A stretch of 64,000 nucleotides of DNA from Macrostomum lignano (lineage: Eukaryota): positions 298,743 to 362,742 of the forward strand of contig NIVC01001263.1 in the NCBI GenBank assembly GCA_002269645.1, given 5' to 3'. A program made the position numbers and the translations under genes. A model generated the notes under the pieces. That model saw only the letters and a list, made by a program, of their open reading frames with translations, had not been told where the DNA came from and searched no databases. Of this stretch, positions 1 through 13,889 are shown in pieces (position 1 is the first letter of the stretch; each line of letters starts with the position of its first letter).

Positions 1-3000
1 CCGAGCGTACGTCTCGAGCTCACGGTTGCTAGGCAGTTGTCAGGGCCCGGCATTGCGGCGGCCCTGGGCCTGGCGGTGCCGCTGGCTGTGCTGTGCTTCA
101 TGGACCAGAGCATCAGCTCGGCCACCGTCAACTGCCCTGCCAACAGGTGAGCCGGATGGAGTGGGACATGCTGTCTCCACTGCTCGTAACCCAATACTCT
201 TCTGCTGTTGCTGTCGATGGCGGGTCCATTGATTTGGCTCCACTGAGGTATAACTTTGACTTTTTTTATCGAACCTCTGCCCACTTTGCCTTCTTTTGTC
301 TGCAAATTCTCTTTGACTTTTTACATTTCCCCCCCCCCCCTATCTTTCACTCTGTAAGAAGCCTCTTGCCATCGATCTCTGTTCGCTCTCTCATGTCTGC
401 CTCTCTCATCTGCCTTCTCCTGTCTCTCCTTTCTGTTCTCTCTCCCCTCTCCTCTCACCCTACTTCCTTCTCCATTCTCCCTTCTCGCCTCTCGCCTCTC
501 TACTCTCCTCTCCCCTCTTCCCTCTCCCCTCTCTTCTCTCCTCTCCCATCTCCTCTCTCCTCTCTCCTCTCCTCTCACCCTACCTACTTCCTTCTCCATT
601 CTCCCCTCTCGCCTCTCGTCTCTCTCCTCTCCTCTCACCCTACTTCCTTCTCCATTCTCCCTTCTCGCCTCTCGCCTCTCTACTCTCCTCTCCCCTCTTC
701 CCTCTCCCCTCTAACCCTTCTCCCCTCTCTTCTCTCCTTCTCTATTCTCTTCCCTCTCCTCTCTTTTCTCTGCCATCTCTCCTTAGCTCCTATTCTTCCC
801 CATTTTCATCTCTCTTTCCCTCACCTTCCTCATTATTAGATAAATGTCATTGGGTGATGCAATTACCCTGGTATTTCAATCATTACATGAAACCCATTAC
901 AAAATTCCCCAACGCTGGCCAGGCTGCAGAAGGGCTCGGCCTACCACTGGGACCTGCTGGTGATGGGCCTCATCAACGGCTGCCTGTCACTGTGCGGCCT
1001 GCCGTGGCTGCTCGGCTCGCTGCCCCACTCGCCGCTGCACGTGACGGCGCTGGCCGACATTGAGGAGCGAATCGACCCCGGCCAGCAGCTCGTGCGGCAG
1101 ACGTGAGTTGCCCCACATACCGATATGTATCGAAAATTGAGTTTTTTGATGACTGGAAAGGTAGTTAGATTCGAATTTCAACAAAAATATCGACCTTAAG
1201 GTAATCATGCTTATCAATCTCACCTTTAACTAAAGAATCCCACCCTAAAGAGTCCCACCCTAAAGAATTCCACCCTAAAGAATTCCACCCTAAAGAATTC
1301 CACCCTAAAGAATTCCACCCTAAAGGATCTCACCCCAGAGTCTCACCCCAAAGAGTCTCACCCCAAAGAGTCTCACCCCAAAGAGTCTCACCCCAAAGAG
1401 TCTCACCCCAAAGAGTCTCACCCCAAAGAGTCTCACCCCAAAGAGTCTCACCCCAAAGAGTCTCACCCCAAAGAGTCTCACCCCAAAGAGTCTCACCCCA
1501 AAGAGTCTCACCCCAAAGAGTCTCACCCCAAAGAGTCTCACCCCAAAGAGTCTCACCCCAAAGAGTCTCACTCCTTGTCTATCCCCAAAGAGTCTCACTC
1601 CTTGTCTATCCCCAAAGAGTCTCACCCCAAAGAGTCTCACCCCAAAGAATCCCACCCTGAAGAATCTCACTGTCGCGAACCCCTTGAACTGTCCGCCGTT
1701 TGCCCCTGCAGGGTTGTGCGAGTTCGAGAGACCCGCGTCACAGGCGCGGTGGCCAACGCCCTGATCGGCCTGTCGCTGCTGCTCTGCCCGACCCCGCTGG
1801 ACCTGATCCCCGTCCCGGTGCTGTACGGCCTCTTCATCTGTATGGCCATCCGCGGACTGGTGGGCAACCAGATGTTCGAGAGGATCCTGCTGCTACTCAC
1901 CGAGCAGGTGACATGGCTCATGAGTCATTGGGGATCAGAGTGATTGGGGATCAGAGAGTGATTAGGGATCAGAGAGGGATTGGGGATCGGGGAGTAATTG
2001 GGGATCAGAGAGGGATTGGGGATCAGAGAGGGATTGGGGATCAGAGAGTGATTGGGGATCAGAGAGTGATTGGGGATCAGAGAGAGTGATTGGGGATCAG
2101 AGAGAGTGATTGGGTATCGGGGAGTGATTGGGAATCAGAGAGTGATTGGGGATCAGAGTGATTGGGGATCAGAGTGATTGGGGATCAGAGGGTGATTGGG
2201 GATCAGAGAGTGATTGGGGATCAGAGAGTGATTGGGGATCAGAGAGTGATTGGGGATCAGAGAGAGTGATTGGGGATCAGAGAGAGTGATTGGGGATCGG
2301 GGAGTGATTGGGAATCAGAGAGTGATTGGGGATCAGAGTGATTGGGGATCAGAGTGATTGGGGATCAGAGTGATTGGGGATCAGAGGGTGATTGGGGATC
2401 AGAGAGTGATTGGGGATCAGAGTGATTGGGGATTGGGGAGTGATTGGGGATCAGAGTGATTGGGGATCAGAGGGTGATTGGGGATCAGAGTGATTGGGGA
2501 TCAGAGGGTGATTGGGGATCAGAGAGAGTGATTGGGGATATTGGGGATCAGAGGGTGATTGGGGATCAGAGAGAGTGATTGGGGATCAGAAAGAGTGATT
2601 GGGGATCAGAGAGAGTGATTGGGGATCAGAGAGAGTGATTGGGGATCGGGGAGTGATTGGGAATCAGAGAGTGATTGGGGATCAGAGTGATTGGGGATCA
2701 GAGTGATTGGGGATCAGAGGGTGATTGGGGATCAGAGTGATTGGGGATCAGAGTGATTGGGGATCAGAGTGATTGGGGATCAGAGGGTGATTGGGGATCA
2801 GAGTGATTGGGGATCAGAGGGTGATTGGGGATCAGAGTGATTGGGGATCAGAGGGTGATTGGGATCAGAGTGATTGGGGATCAGAGGGTGATTGGGGATC
2901 AGAGTGATTGGGGATCAGAGTGATTGGGGATCAGAGTGATTGGAGATCAGAGTGATTGGGGATCAGAGTGATTGGGGATCAGAGGGTGATTGGGGATCAG

Positions 3001-3952
3001 AGAGTGATTGGGGATCAGAGTGATTGGGGATCAGAGTGATTGGGGATCAGAGTGATTGAGGATCAGAGAGTGATTGGGGATCAGAGTGATTGGGGATCAG
3101 AGTGATTGGGGATCAGAGTGATTGAGGATCAGAGAGTGATTTGGGATCAGAGTGATTGGGGATCAGAGTGATTGGGGATCAGAGTGATTGGGATCAGAGT
3201 GATTGGGGATCAGAGTGATTGGGGATCAGAGTGATTGGGTTAAATGAATCGTGGACTATTCTTAGATGAGGGAAGGCTATTCAATAAGAGTTGGTGAAAA
3301 TGGGATTTATGAAACCCAAGTCCGCCACCTCTCTCAGCAGCTCCGCGACTCTGTCCCGCAGGCCGCCTACCCGCCATCGCACTATCTCCGCCGGGTGCCG
3401 CAGCGCAAAGTGCACGCCTTCACCCTGCTGCAGCTGCTGCAGCTCGCCCTGCTGTGCACCCTCGGCTTCAGCTGGGTCTCTCTGGCCAAGCTGGCCTTCC
3501 CGGCCGTGCTGCTGCTGCAGCTGCCGTCAGGTGAGTGGGGAAGTCGGGATGGGGAAGTCAGGGTGGGGAAGTCAGGGTGGGGAAGTCAGGGTGGGGAAGT
3601 CAGGGTGGGGAAGTCAGGGTGGGGAAGTCAGGGTGGGGAAGTCAGGGTGGGGAAGTCAGGGTGGGGAAGTCAGGGTGGGGAAGTCAGGGTGGGGAAGCCA
3701 GGGTGGGAAAGTCAGGGTGGGGAAGCCAGGGTGGGGAAGTCAGGGTGGGGAAGTCTGGGGAAGTCAGGGTGGCCAAGTCAGGGTGGGGAAGTCAGGGTGG
3801 GGAAGTCAGGTGGGGAAGTCTGGGGAAGTCAGGGTGGCCAAGTCATGGTGGGGAAGTCGCCCCAATCCAGCTGCCGCATGCACTGCAGGCACATACTCCT
3901 GCCAAAGCTGATTGACGAGTCATTTCTGGATGCGCTGGACAAGCCGATGTGA
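1..3952 (+). CDS. SLC4A11: SLC4A11-like borate/bicarbonate transporter, 3' exons (<1-146, 923-1102, 1712-1907, 3362-3530, 3889-3952)
   Basis: The spliced translation ...[59 protein letters not shown]...VRETRV...[10 protein letters not shown]...[36 protein letters not shown]...[20 protein letters not shown] follows the SLC4A11 C-terminal half. GT-AG sites are phase-compatible except the last intron, where 1 nt appears to be missing at ~3525. Confidence 0.9.
340..840 (+). repeat. CT-rich low-complexity intronic tract with an internal duplication
   Basis: Polypyrimidine tract; the ~451-530 segment recurs at ~631-710. Confidence 0.85.
1235..1660 (+). repeat. 15-bp intronic minisatellite (CTCACCCCAAAGAGT; leading CCACCCTAAAGAATT variants)
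   Basis: Tandem copies read directly in intron 1103-1711. Confidence 0.95.
1925..3240 (+). repeat. 16-20-bp intronic minisatellite (GAGTGATTGGGGATCA +/- GA)
   Basis: Tandem copies fill intron 1908-3361. Confidence 0.95.
3535..3855 (+). repeat. 14-bp G-rich intronic minisatellite (GTCAGGGTGGGGAA)
   Basis: Tandem copies in intron 3531-3888. Confidence 0.95.
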
Positions 3953-4310
3953 CCGCCGCCTGGAGGTGAACAGGTCGAATGTGATTATCGACGCTAAAAG
4001 CTAGAGACTTGTCTTAGAAAATATTTGTAGAAAAAATACTTTGATGTATAAAAAATGTTTTCAGTGTTTTTGTTTGTCCGTCTAGTCCACTCCGATAATT
4101 GTTTTGTACTTGTTGTCTAGGAAATTTCTCACAAAGCTAAGAAAATACGCTGCGCGAATATACTACTAACAGTATGCATAATGAATCTATTTGTGTACAA
4201 TTATAGCTTCACGATATTTCTGTTTAAACAAAATTTAATCAAGTTTTTGTGCTTGAGATCGTCGAGTTTTATTTATATGTCGAGTTTTATATATCGTCGC
4301 GTTTCGAACA

Positions 4311-4926
4311 CAGTTGCTACCCAAATCAGTTGCTACCAAATCAGTTGCTACCCAAATCAGTTGCTACCCAAATCAGTTGCTACCCAAATCAGTTGCTACC
4401 CAAATCAGTTGCTACCCAAATCAGTTGCTACCCAAATCAGTTGCTACCCAAATCAGTTGCTACCCAAATCAGTTGCTACCCAAATCAGTTGCTACCCAAA
4501 TCAGTTGCTACCCAAATCAGTTGCTACCCAAATCAGTTGCTACCCAAATCAGTTGCTACCCAAATCAGTTGCTACCCAAATCAGTTGCTACCCAAATCAG
4601 TTGCTACCCAAATCAGTTGCTACCCAAATCAGTTGCTACCCAAATCAGTTGCTACCCAAATCAGTTGCTACCCAAATCAGTTGCTACCCAAATCAGTTGC
4701 TACCCAAATCAGTTGCTACCCAAATCAGTTGCTACCCAAATCAGTTGCTACCCAAATCAGTTGCTACCCAAATCAGTTGCTACCCAAATCAGTTGCTACC
4801 CAAATCAGTTGCTACCCAAATCAGTTGCTACCCAAATCAGTTGCTACCCAAATCAGTTGCTACCCAAATCAGTTGCTACCCAAATCAGTTGCTACCCAAA
4901 TCAGTTGCTACCCAAATCAGTTGCTT
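4311..4926 (+). repeat. 16-bp minisatellite (CAGTTGCTACCCAAAT), ~38 near-perfect copies
   Basis: Direct reading; it accounts for the three overlapping repeat ORFs at 4181-4966. Confidence 0.97.
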
Positions 4927-5017
4927 TGATCATTCCATTCAAAAGTTATGCTTGAAACCTCGTTAGTCTGATAGAAACATCTTGCTTGTAGTGATCATCA
5001 GCACCCTTCAAAGCGGA

Positions 5018-5080
5018 CTTCTCAGCACAGTCTCCACCTGTAGCAACGCACTTCTTCCATTGTTTAAGCATCCCGTCAAT
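5018..5080 (-). mobile_element. Possible mariner transposase C-terminal remnant
   Basis: A minus frame reads IDGMLKQWKKCVATGGDCAEK, resembling the mariner C-terminal ..RWxKCVxxxGDYxEK motif. It is short, with no DDD core or TIR seen. Confidence 0.25.
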
Positions 5081-5547
5081 TGCATCAGCACAGCTTTTGG
5101 CGAATTCAAATAAATGAGGCGTGAAGGCGGTGGTTTTTGGTTCTGATCGGTATTACCATAAACTATAAATAAAATATGGCCGGTATAATAAAATCATTGT
5201 GCGAGTAGACGGGATAAATATAGCTTTTTACCAACCCTTTGGGCCTATATGCAATGCATGTAATCCAATGGTAGCAAGGGTGACAACAGCAGCATTAAAC
5301 TCGATCCAACAACAGGCATTTTGTGATCCGGATGGCCGGAGATCACCCTGCAGCTGAGTCAAGCAAGTCAACTCAGCGGGGCCATCAGTAGCCACATTGA
5401 AAGTTTTGCGTCCACCGCGGCTTTCAGGCCTCAAATAGCGACACGGAAGTCCTGAATGGCACCGCGTGCGCTCAGACTGTCAGGAGCAGCACATGTGGCT
5501 TCTCAGCAGACTCTGTTTGGCTTATCTCAACTGACGGCAGCGGCGAG

Positions 5548-6699
5548 CTATCGATATTCACCAGCGCTCAGAGTGGGTACCGCCGGGGCCAATCTGTCGT
5601 AAGTCCCGCTGTACACTGTTGAGCCGTCGGCATACGTGGGCGACTGTGCAGCACCAACCTCATCGTAGATCACCTGATCGGCAACTGGTCCAGCTGGTCC
5701 TCCTGGTTGGCTCTGCAATGCACAAATTAGATACACGAAATGACAAAAATATCATAAACTGTTTCACATAAGCAAAGGAAGTATTCGACATTGGCCTGTT
5801 TGGGACTCTCTACACTGAGCTACGAACTAAAATCGAAGCTTCTCTTTTCTGTCTGCACGTTTGGCTTCTCTGCTTCAAAATGATAAAATAGCAAACGAGC
5901 CAAGGCGTCACATTCAGTCGAGTAGAGAGCAGTACGCATTACGTCTGTAGCAACTACCTAAGAACTATAGGCTGGATTCAGACGGCTCTTTGCGCATGCT
6001 TTTTAAAAAAATCATTTAACTTTATCACTGATTATCATTGATTACCATATAGCACGAATTACCAACCTGACTCGCCATTGAACCCTCCCGGTGAGGCATG
6101 TGAGGCAAATTGTTCTGGAAATTGTCCACGCCACTGGTGTAAGCGTCCGGAGGAAGTAGTGAAGCTCTCTGAGTAGCTCTTCCGGTCTCAACATCGCTAG
6201 CTGGTCCTTGGGGATTTGTGCACCGATGGCGATACACAAAGACAACGATGAGCACCAATGAAACAGCCAATGAAGCGGCCAGCACAATGATAATTGTTTT
6301 ATTCGATGGCTGCACTGGCGAATCTGTAGCCGTTTGGTCGGGTCCTCCCGGCGACTCTCCGGGTGACGCCTTGCTGGTTGCCAACGGAGGCGGTGGGATT
6401 ACCGACCCGACGGGATCGAGCACGAGCTGGTGTTGCTTTGATCCACCAGGTTGTTCACCGGTGCAGCACACTGGGTGATCCCGGCAGATCGCCGAGTAAT
6501 GCTCGGTGGCCTGATAGTTGTCCTGGCCGGGCGGCTTCGGGCAGGCAACGCAACGGTCCTGAGTCGCATCGTAGAACTGCTTGAGACCAGGCGGACAGTC
6601 GGCTGTTTGAGCATCAACTGATGCGGTCTGCAGAGGCGCCGCGATGGCAAGCAGAATGCTGATGATGATGATGATGATGCCGTTTAGTCTGAGAGACAT
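5548..6699 (-). CDS. Orphan type I membrane protein: signal peptide, single TNFR-like Cys-rich module, TM helix, Tyr-motif tail (exons 6699-6067, 5712-5548; ~265 aa)
   Basis: ATG at 6699 (the ORF-track start at 6717 is TTG). Signal peptide MSLRLNGIIIIIISILLAIAAPLQTA; CPPGLKQFYDATQDRCVAC...ICRDHPVCC; TM TIIIVLAASLAVSLVLIVVFVY followed by RHR. A phase-0 intron CAG|GTTGGT...TTGCAG|AGC joins the SQPGG...VIYDEV...YDRL...EYR* exon. Confidence 0.75.
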
Positions 6700-7338
6700 A
6701 TTTGAGCAAGAATGCAAGCGAGATTTTCTGGTTTTCGCATATATGCGAAGGTGTGTCTTTTCTATTTATGTGACTATATACGAGCAAGAGCTTTTACGAC
6801 GTAATTACATTCGTACTATTTTTATCTGCTTAATGATGTCAAACTATCTTTTTTACGTTTGAGTACACTTTTGTACGGAGCTGCCCGTTGTTAATGCAGG
6901 GTAAACGCTCGTATGTGCTTTCATTGACGTCATTAATACTGTACAGATTGACGAAATGGAAAAAACTAAGTTTTTTAAAGAGAATGCTCACAGCAGATTA
7001 CCATATTAAGAGCTATGTGCTGCCGCCGATTCAAACCGGTTGCATTTTAGCAGAAATGTGAGTCTAAAGATTACGCAGACGCAAATATCTTAAAACGCGC
7101 ATTTCAAAGATACGTCTGAGATACTTAAAATAGAAATTACGTACAGTATGTTTTAATGTGAATCCAGTGCTAAACTGTAAAGCCTAATTTACAATTTTCA
7201 ACGGGAAATCACACTTTTTTAGCATCAGCACTTAAATATTAAATTTCATATAAGCAAAATGGACTGCAAGCCTTCCCATAGCTTCTAGAACAGCATTGCT
7301 AAATTCAAGCTAATCGCGGTCCTATCAGTCACAGGGTC

Positions 7339-7614
7339 AAGCTCGTAACGTACCAGGATTTTTATCGGGGACATGGGGGTTGCATCGCCATCGCGGGGCG
7401 ACAGCGAATGGCATCATTGTAGAGGAGCTATTGTGAGGCGCCAAGCTGCGCAAGCACTAAGAAGCTGTGAAGGGGGCGCCAAACCTGCTGTGAAGGGGGC
7501 GCCAAACCTGCTGTGAAGGGGGCGCCAAACCTGCTGTGAAGGGGGCGCCAAACCTGCTGTGAAGGGGGCGCCAAACCTGCTGTGAAGGGGGCGCCAAACC
7601 TGCTGTGAAGGGGG
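7339..7614 (+). repeat. Left copy of long direct repeat (putative TSD): 130 bp unique plus ~6 copies of a 23-bp minisatellite GAAGGGGGCGCCAAACCTGCTGT
   Basis: Identical to the sequence starting at 12988 (offset 5649). Confidence 0.9.
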
Positions 7615-8023
7615 GGCAAACGGCAACTTAAACCGAGGGACTCTGTGACATCCGCCAGCTTTTCGTTTTTCGAGGAGGCTCTTCCCCCTCCTTTTCGTTC
7701 TGGCCTGGCGTGGAAGCGGCTAGCTTCCTCGTCTTGGTCTGCTGGTGGGGGACGGATCCCCCCTGCTGCTTTTTTTGCGGGGCAGGTGGCTGCTAAGTAG
7801 TTGGCTGCTGGCTAAGCGCCAACTACCCATCGACAGCCCTTAGTTGCAACTGGTACCACACGGGTTCTCGAGGGCCGCTCTTGTGGGGGAGGGCTCGGGC
7901 GTCGGCTGTCAACTCGACCTGGCGCCTGTGTCCCAAGCCCACAGCCGGCCTCCCGCCCCCTGATCTTGCAGAGTGTGGACCGGGGGCCTGCCGGAGCCTC
8001 GCCTGGGAGCAATCCTGGGATAA

Positions 8024-9084
<1,061 letters not shown>

Positions 9085-9085
<1 letters not shown>

Positions 9086-12000
9086 TGCCGTTCCCAACCC
9101 CGTGCCAAACTAGGAGCGGGGCGCTGAGGGCGAACCTTAACGGCCAGCCCAATGATGACACTGCCACCAGCAACCAAATAAATAATCCGCCGCCGGCGAA
9201 CCAACCTGTTAACCTGCACATTATTCAGATCAACCTGCACCACGCCCTTGCAGCATCGAGCAACCTTTCAGGCACCTTTGCCAACAAGGAAGTTGACATC
9301 TACCTTATTCAGGAACCGTATACCCGCAAGGGGAAGCCGACCTGCCTGCCGCCAGGCTATCAGGTTCTGTACCTCTGCGCGAACGACACCCCCAGGCTAT
9401 CGCCCTCGTCAAAAACGACCTCCCGGCCACTATTATGCCAATGTTTTGCTCTAAAGACATGTGTACTTTCTCAGTCTTTGACTTGACCTTCGTTTCCGCT
9501 TACCTGGACATCCAGGAAGACGTCCCTCCCCCCCTCCTGCAGGAGCTGGCGGACTTCTGTAATCTCCAGGATCGGAAGCTTATCGTTAGCTGCGATGCTA
9601 ACGCCCACAACACTGCCTGGTCTAGTAGCGATACTAACAGGCGCGGTGACTTACTAATTGATTTCATTAACTCCTCCTCGTTACACATTTGCAACAGAGG
9701 CAGCAAACCCACATTTATTGTCTCTAATCGGCGTGAGGTTATCGACCTCACTCTCGTCTCCAACAACGCCCTCAATCAGGTCCACAGCTGGCTGGTTAGG
9801 GATGACCTCCCATCGCTTTCCGACCACTCGTACATTCAGTACAGCATCAGCTCCGTCGGAGCCCGTCATGAGAACCGGGACCGCCTTAATTTGAAAAAGG
9901 CCGACTGGACAGGTTTTCGAAGAGACCTGCTAAAACTCCTGACCGAAGCCAACTTACCGGACTCCAGCGAGGATCTCCCTGGCATTGAGCATCGGTGCAA
10001 CTCCATCGTTGAGATCCTAAACACCGCCATACGCGCTAACGCCCCTAAGCTGTTTTGCAGGAAGAAATACTCTCCTTGGTGGAGTCAAGAGCTCACTCGC
10101 ATGAAGAAAAACACCCGCCGACTGCAACGCCTCGCAAACGGCTCGAATACTCCAGAGGACTGGGAGAACTACCACTCTGCTCTGAGGATGTACAAAAGTA
10201 CTATCCGAAGGGCTAAGAAGACCACCTGGAAAGCCTACTGCGCCGGCCTGGAAGGGCAACACCCCACAGCCCGGCTGGTCAGGACTCTCAGGCACGACAC
10301 GCTAGCTCAGTGTAACTCCCTTCTGCACCTGGATGGTAACTACACTACCAGTGCCGAAGGTTCGCTAAATCTTCTTTTCTCCACCTGCTTTCCGCAGGTT
10401 GACGAACCGGAGTACGTGGTCGATGACCACAGGCCTTGTGATCACAAGCTTTTCCAGCAGTGCGCCACCCCCAGCTACTCCAGCTGGCAGCAAATTCTTT
10501 TAAACCGTATAAATCGTCTGGCCCTGACAATATCGCCCCCTGTATCCTGCAGGAGGCGCTAAAGCTGCAAAACTTTGCTGATTCTTTCTCTAAATTGCTT
10601 GTTGACTGTTATACCACAGGTTACATTCCCACAATCTGGAGAATGTCCAGAGTCGTGTTCATCCCGAAACCTGCTAAGGGTGACTACACCAACGTGAAAT
10701 CCTTCCGGCCCATCAGCCTCACTTCCTTTTGTGTTAAGCTGATGGAGAGGCTCATCCTGTGGAGGCTTCGAGAGTGCGACCTGCGCTCCGACCCTGTCAG
10801 TAAGTACCAGTACGCCTTCCAGTCTGGGAGGACGACTGAGCATGCTCTCCACGCCATTACCTCCAAAATTGAGAGTGCCATCCTTAGCAAACAACTCGCT
10901 TGCGGGTTGTTCGTTGACTTCGAAGGAGCATTTGACAATGTCCTCTTCCGCTCCTTCAGAAATTCTCTTTCCCGCAGGAATGTAAGACACAGCATTGTTC
11001 GCTGGATTTATTTTATGATCCGCAAAAGGTTTGTGACATCCACACTTATGGGCGTTACCCTCACCCGGGCGGTGATGAAAGGCGGCCCGCAAGGTGGCGT
11101 GCTAACTCCACTTCTCTGGAATCTCGTCATGGACGAACTTCTAACCGCTGACATTCCCAGCAGTATCACCAGGGCGGGCTACGCCGATGACGTTGCCGCG
11201 GTCGTCAGCGGACCCGACCCCGCCACTCTGCGCAACCTGATGCAGCAATTCGCCGACAAGGCGGCCGACTGGGCTACACAGCATGGCCTAAAAATCAGCG
11301 TCACTAAGACTGTCGCTGTCGTTTTCACCAAGCGCCGTAAGTGGGAGATGAAAAACCTCACTGTCTATGGCAGAAACATCCCCTTCAAGAAGGAGGTCAA
11401 ATACCTCGGTGTGACGCTAACGCATGACCTGCGCTGGACGAAGCACCTTGATAACGTCATCGGTCGGGCAAAACGCTGCTTTGCCCAGCTGCGCAGAGCC
11501 ATCGGGCCGACTTGGGGCCTCTCGCCTAGAACGGTCCGTTGGATTTATACCGGCATCATCCGGCCCAGTATCACATACGCGAGTCTCATCTGGACTAGCG
11601 TGCTGGAGCAGAAGGCCGCCCGTCAGCGGCTGTACCAGCTTCAGGGCAGCATTTGCCGTGCCATCACAGGTGCGTACCCGTCCACCCCTTACGAGGGGCT
11701 GAACACTATCCTTAACCTACCTCCGCTTCACCTATTTATTAGGGCGGAGGCTATGAAGTCTGCCTCCCGGCTTATCAGAGATAAAACGTTAAATAACGCG
11801 CCCTCTGGCTTTATGCCAATGAAAACATTAATCCCGCATATGGACTTTGTCCGCCGCGACCTTAACAACATCCACATGGACCTGGGCAATGTGGATAGTC
11901 GACCTCCCGCCCTCAACATCAGGAGGGGCTTCAAGACCGCCATCCCTGGCCGAGACAACATTCCGCTGGATGTCGGTGTGAACCGGCGCAGCCAGGGCAT

Positions 12001-12901
12001 TCACTGCTTCACCGACGGCTCGCTGTTCAACGGCCGCGCTGGAGCGGGTATTGCCATTTTCCACGAGGGTAAGATGCTTCTCCAGGAAAGTCTGCACCTC
12101 GGTGAGAACACCTCAGTTTTCCAAGCTGAAATTTGCGCCATCGAGCAGTGTGCCCAGCAACTGTTTCAGGCGAACATTAATAATTTTGACATTAATTTCT
12201 ACACTGATAGCCAAGCTGCTATTAAGGCCTTAACCACTGAGAATATCTCCGCTGCTACAGTATCTCAATGCCACCGCAGTGTGCAATCTCTCTCAGTCCT
12301 TAACAGGATTAGAATTATCTGGACACCTGGTCACAGCAACATCCTGGGCAACGAGCTCGCAGACTCTCTCGCCAAGGAGGGCAGCAACCCAGACGGCAAC
12401 CACCGTCTGATGAGGCTACCCACTCCCAGGTCGCAAGTCACCCGCCATATCAACAGGTGGCTCCATCAGCAGCACCAGCTCCACTGGAACAGCTGCACCG
12501 AGTACAGGCAGAGCCGCTCTGCCATGCCTAACCTGAACAGGAAAGTCTCTGATTATCTGATTTCGCTTAACAGAACCGACCTCAGGGAGATGTGCATGGT
12601 CCTAACCGGCCACGGATTCTTCCAGAGACATATATCGTTGCAAACCGGTTGCCCTCCCACCTGCCCCTTCTGTGGCATAGGAGAGGAGACCGCGGAGCAT
12701 CACGTCACCTTCTGCCCTTACTTCAACAAGGCGCGGCACAAATACCTCGGCCACCCCCAGCGGATGGACGAGCTGACCACCGCGGACAATATCCGAGACC
12801 TCCGCGCCTTCGTCCGGGACTCCGACCGGATGAGGGTCGCCGATGCCTCCACTGCGGACCTGCCGACTACTGGCGGGGACTGGGCGCACCCCCAAGGCTA
12901 A
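9085..12901 (+). CDS. LINE ORF2 polyprotein: AP endonuclease, reverse transcriptase, RNase H, CCHC finger (~1272 aa after correcting two 1-nt deletions)
   Basis: APE motifs: QINLH, IQEP, SCDANAH, IDLTLV, SDH. RT motifs: [29 protein letters not shown]. RNase H DEDD residues: FTDGS, FQAEI, YTDSQ, LADSLAK. Finger: CPFC-x7-H-x4-C. Frameshifts at ~9395 (GG for GGG) and ~10470 (C5 for C6). Confidence 0.93.
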
Positions 12902-12987
12902 TCCTTGTGCTCTTTTACCTTGGGGTTGCGATAGGGGCCTCGCGGCCTATTCGCGGCGCCTGCGCCTCCCGTCAGTAGTAAGTAAGT

Positions 12988-13450
12988 AAGCTCGTAACGT
13001 ACCAGGATTTTTATCGGGGACATGGGGGTTGCATCGCCATCGCGGGGCGACAGCGAATGGCATCATTGTAGAGGAGCTATTGTGAGGCGCCAAGCTGCGC
13101 AAGCACTAAGAAGCTGTGAAGGGGGCGCCAAACCTGCTGTGAAGGGGGCGCCAAACCTGCTGTGAAGGGGGCGCCAAACCTGCTGTGAAGGGGGCGCCAA
13201 ACCTGCTGTGAAGGGGGCGCCAAACCTGCTGTGAAGGGGGCGCCAAACCTGCTGTGAAGGGGGCGCCAAACCTGCTGTGAAGGGGGCGCCAAACCTGCTG
13301 TGAAGGGGGCGCCAAACCTGCTGTGAAGGGGGCGCCAAACCTGCTGTGAAGGGGGCGCCAAACCTGCTGTGAAGGGGGCGCCAAACCTGCTGTGAAGGGG
13401 GCGCCAAACCTGCTGTGAAGGAGCGCCAAACCTGCTGTGAAGGGGGCGCT
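12988..13450 (+). repeat. Right copy of the direct repeat, continuing into ~14.5 copies of the 23-bp minisatellite
   Basis: Identical 130-bp unique segment; repeat units start at 13118 with period 23. Confidence 0.9.
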
Positions 13451-13889
13451 CAAACTCATGTGCAACTTACTCTTTCCAGATGGAATAGCTACGTGTATAC
13501 GTTCGTAAATGTAAATGTATGCCATTTTCAAATTTGCTATTTGCTAAAATGGAGCAAAAGTACTTTTGATCTAGTAGCAAAAAATGGGATAACAATTTAA
13601 TTGGAACACGGGAGTAGAGTCCGAAGTACATGTAAACTAGAATATCGCAGCAAACATCCCCAAGCAATCCCCAGCCGTTACATGAATCTCTGTGGGGTCA
13701 AAATGGGGATTTCATGTCAAATCAATTCAAGGCTCAAAAGCGCGCTACGTGGTTTCAGGGAAGAAGCCTGATTTTATTATTCAGTTTGCATCTTGCCCTT
13801 GCGATCAGCGTGTTCTATGCACTGTAAACAAATGCGTACTCTATGCAATTCAGTGTGCCTTGCCTCACCCCTTAAAGGCCCATTCACAC

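Noticed and set aside
93-4966. Long ORFs 93-839, 1320-1670, 3291-3915 and 4181-4966
   Set aside because: Translations of low-complexity or minisatellite DNA.
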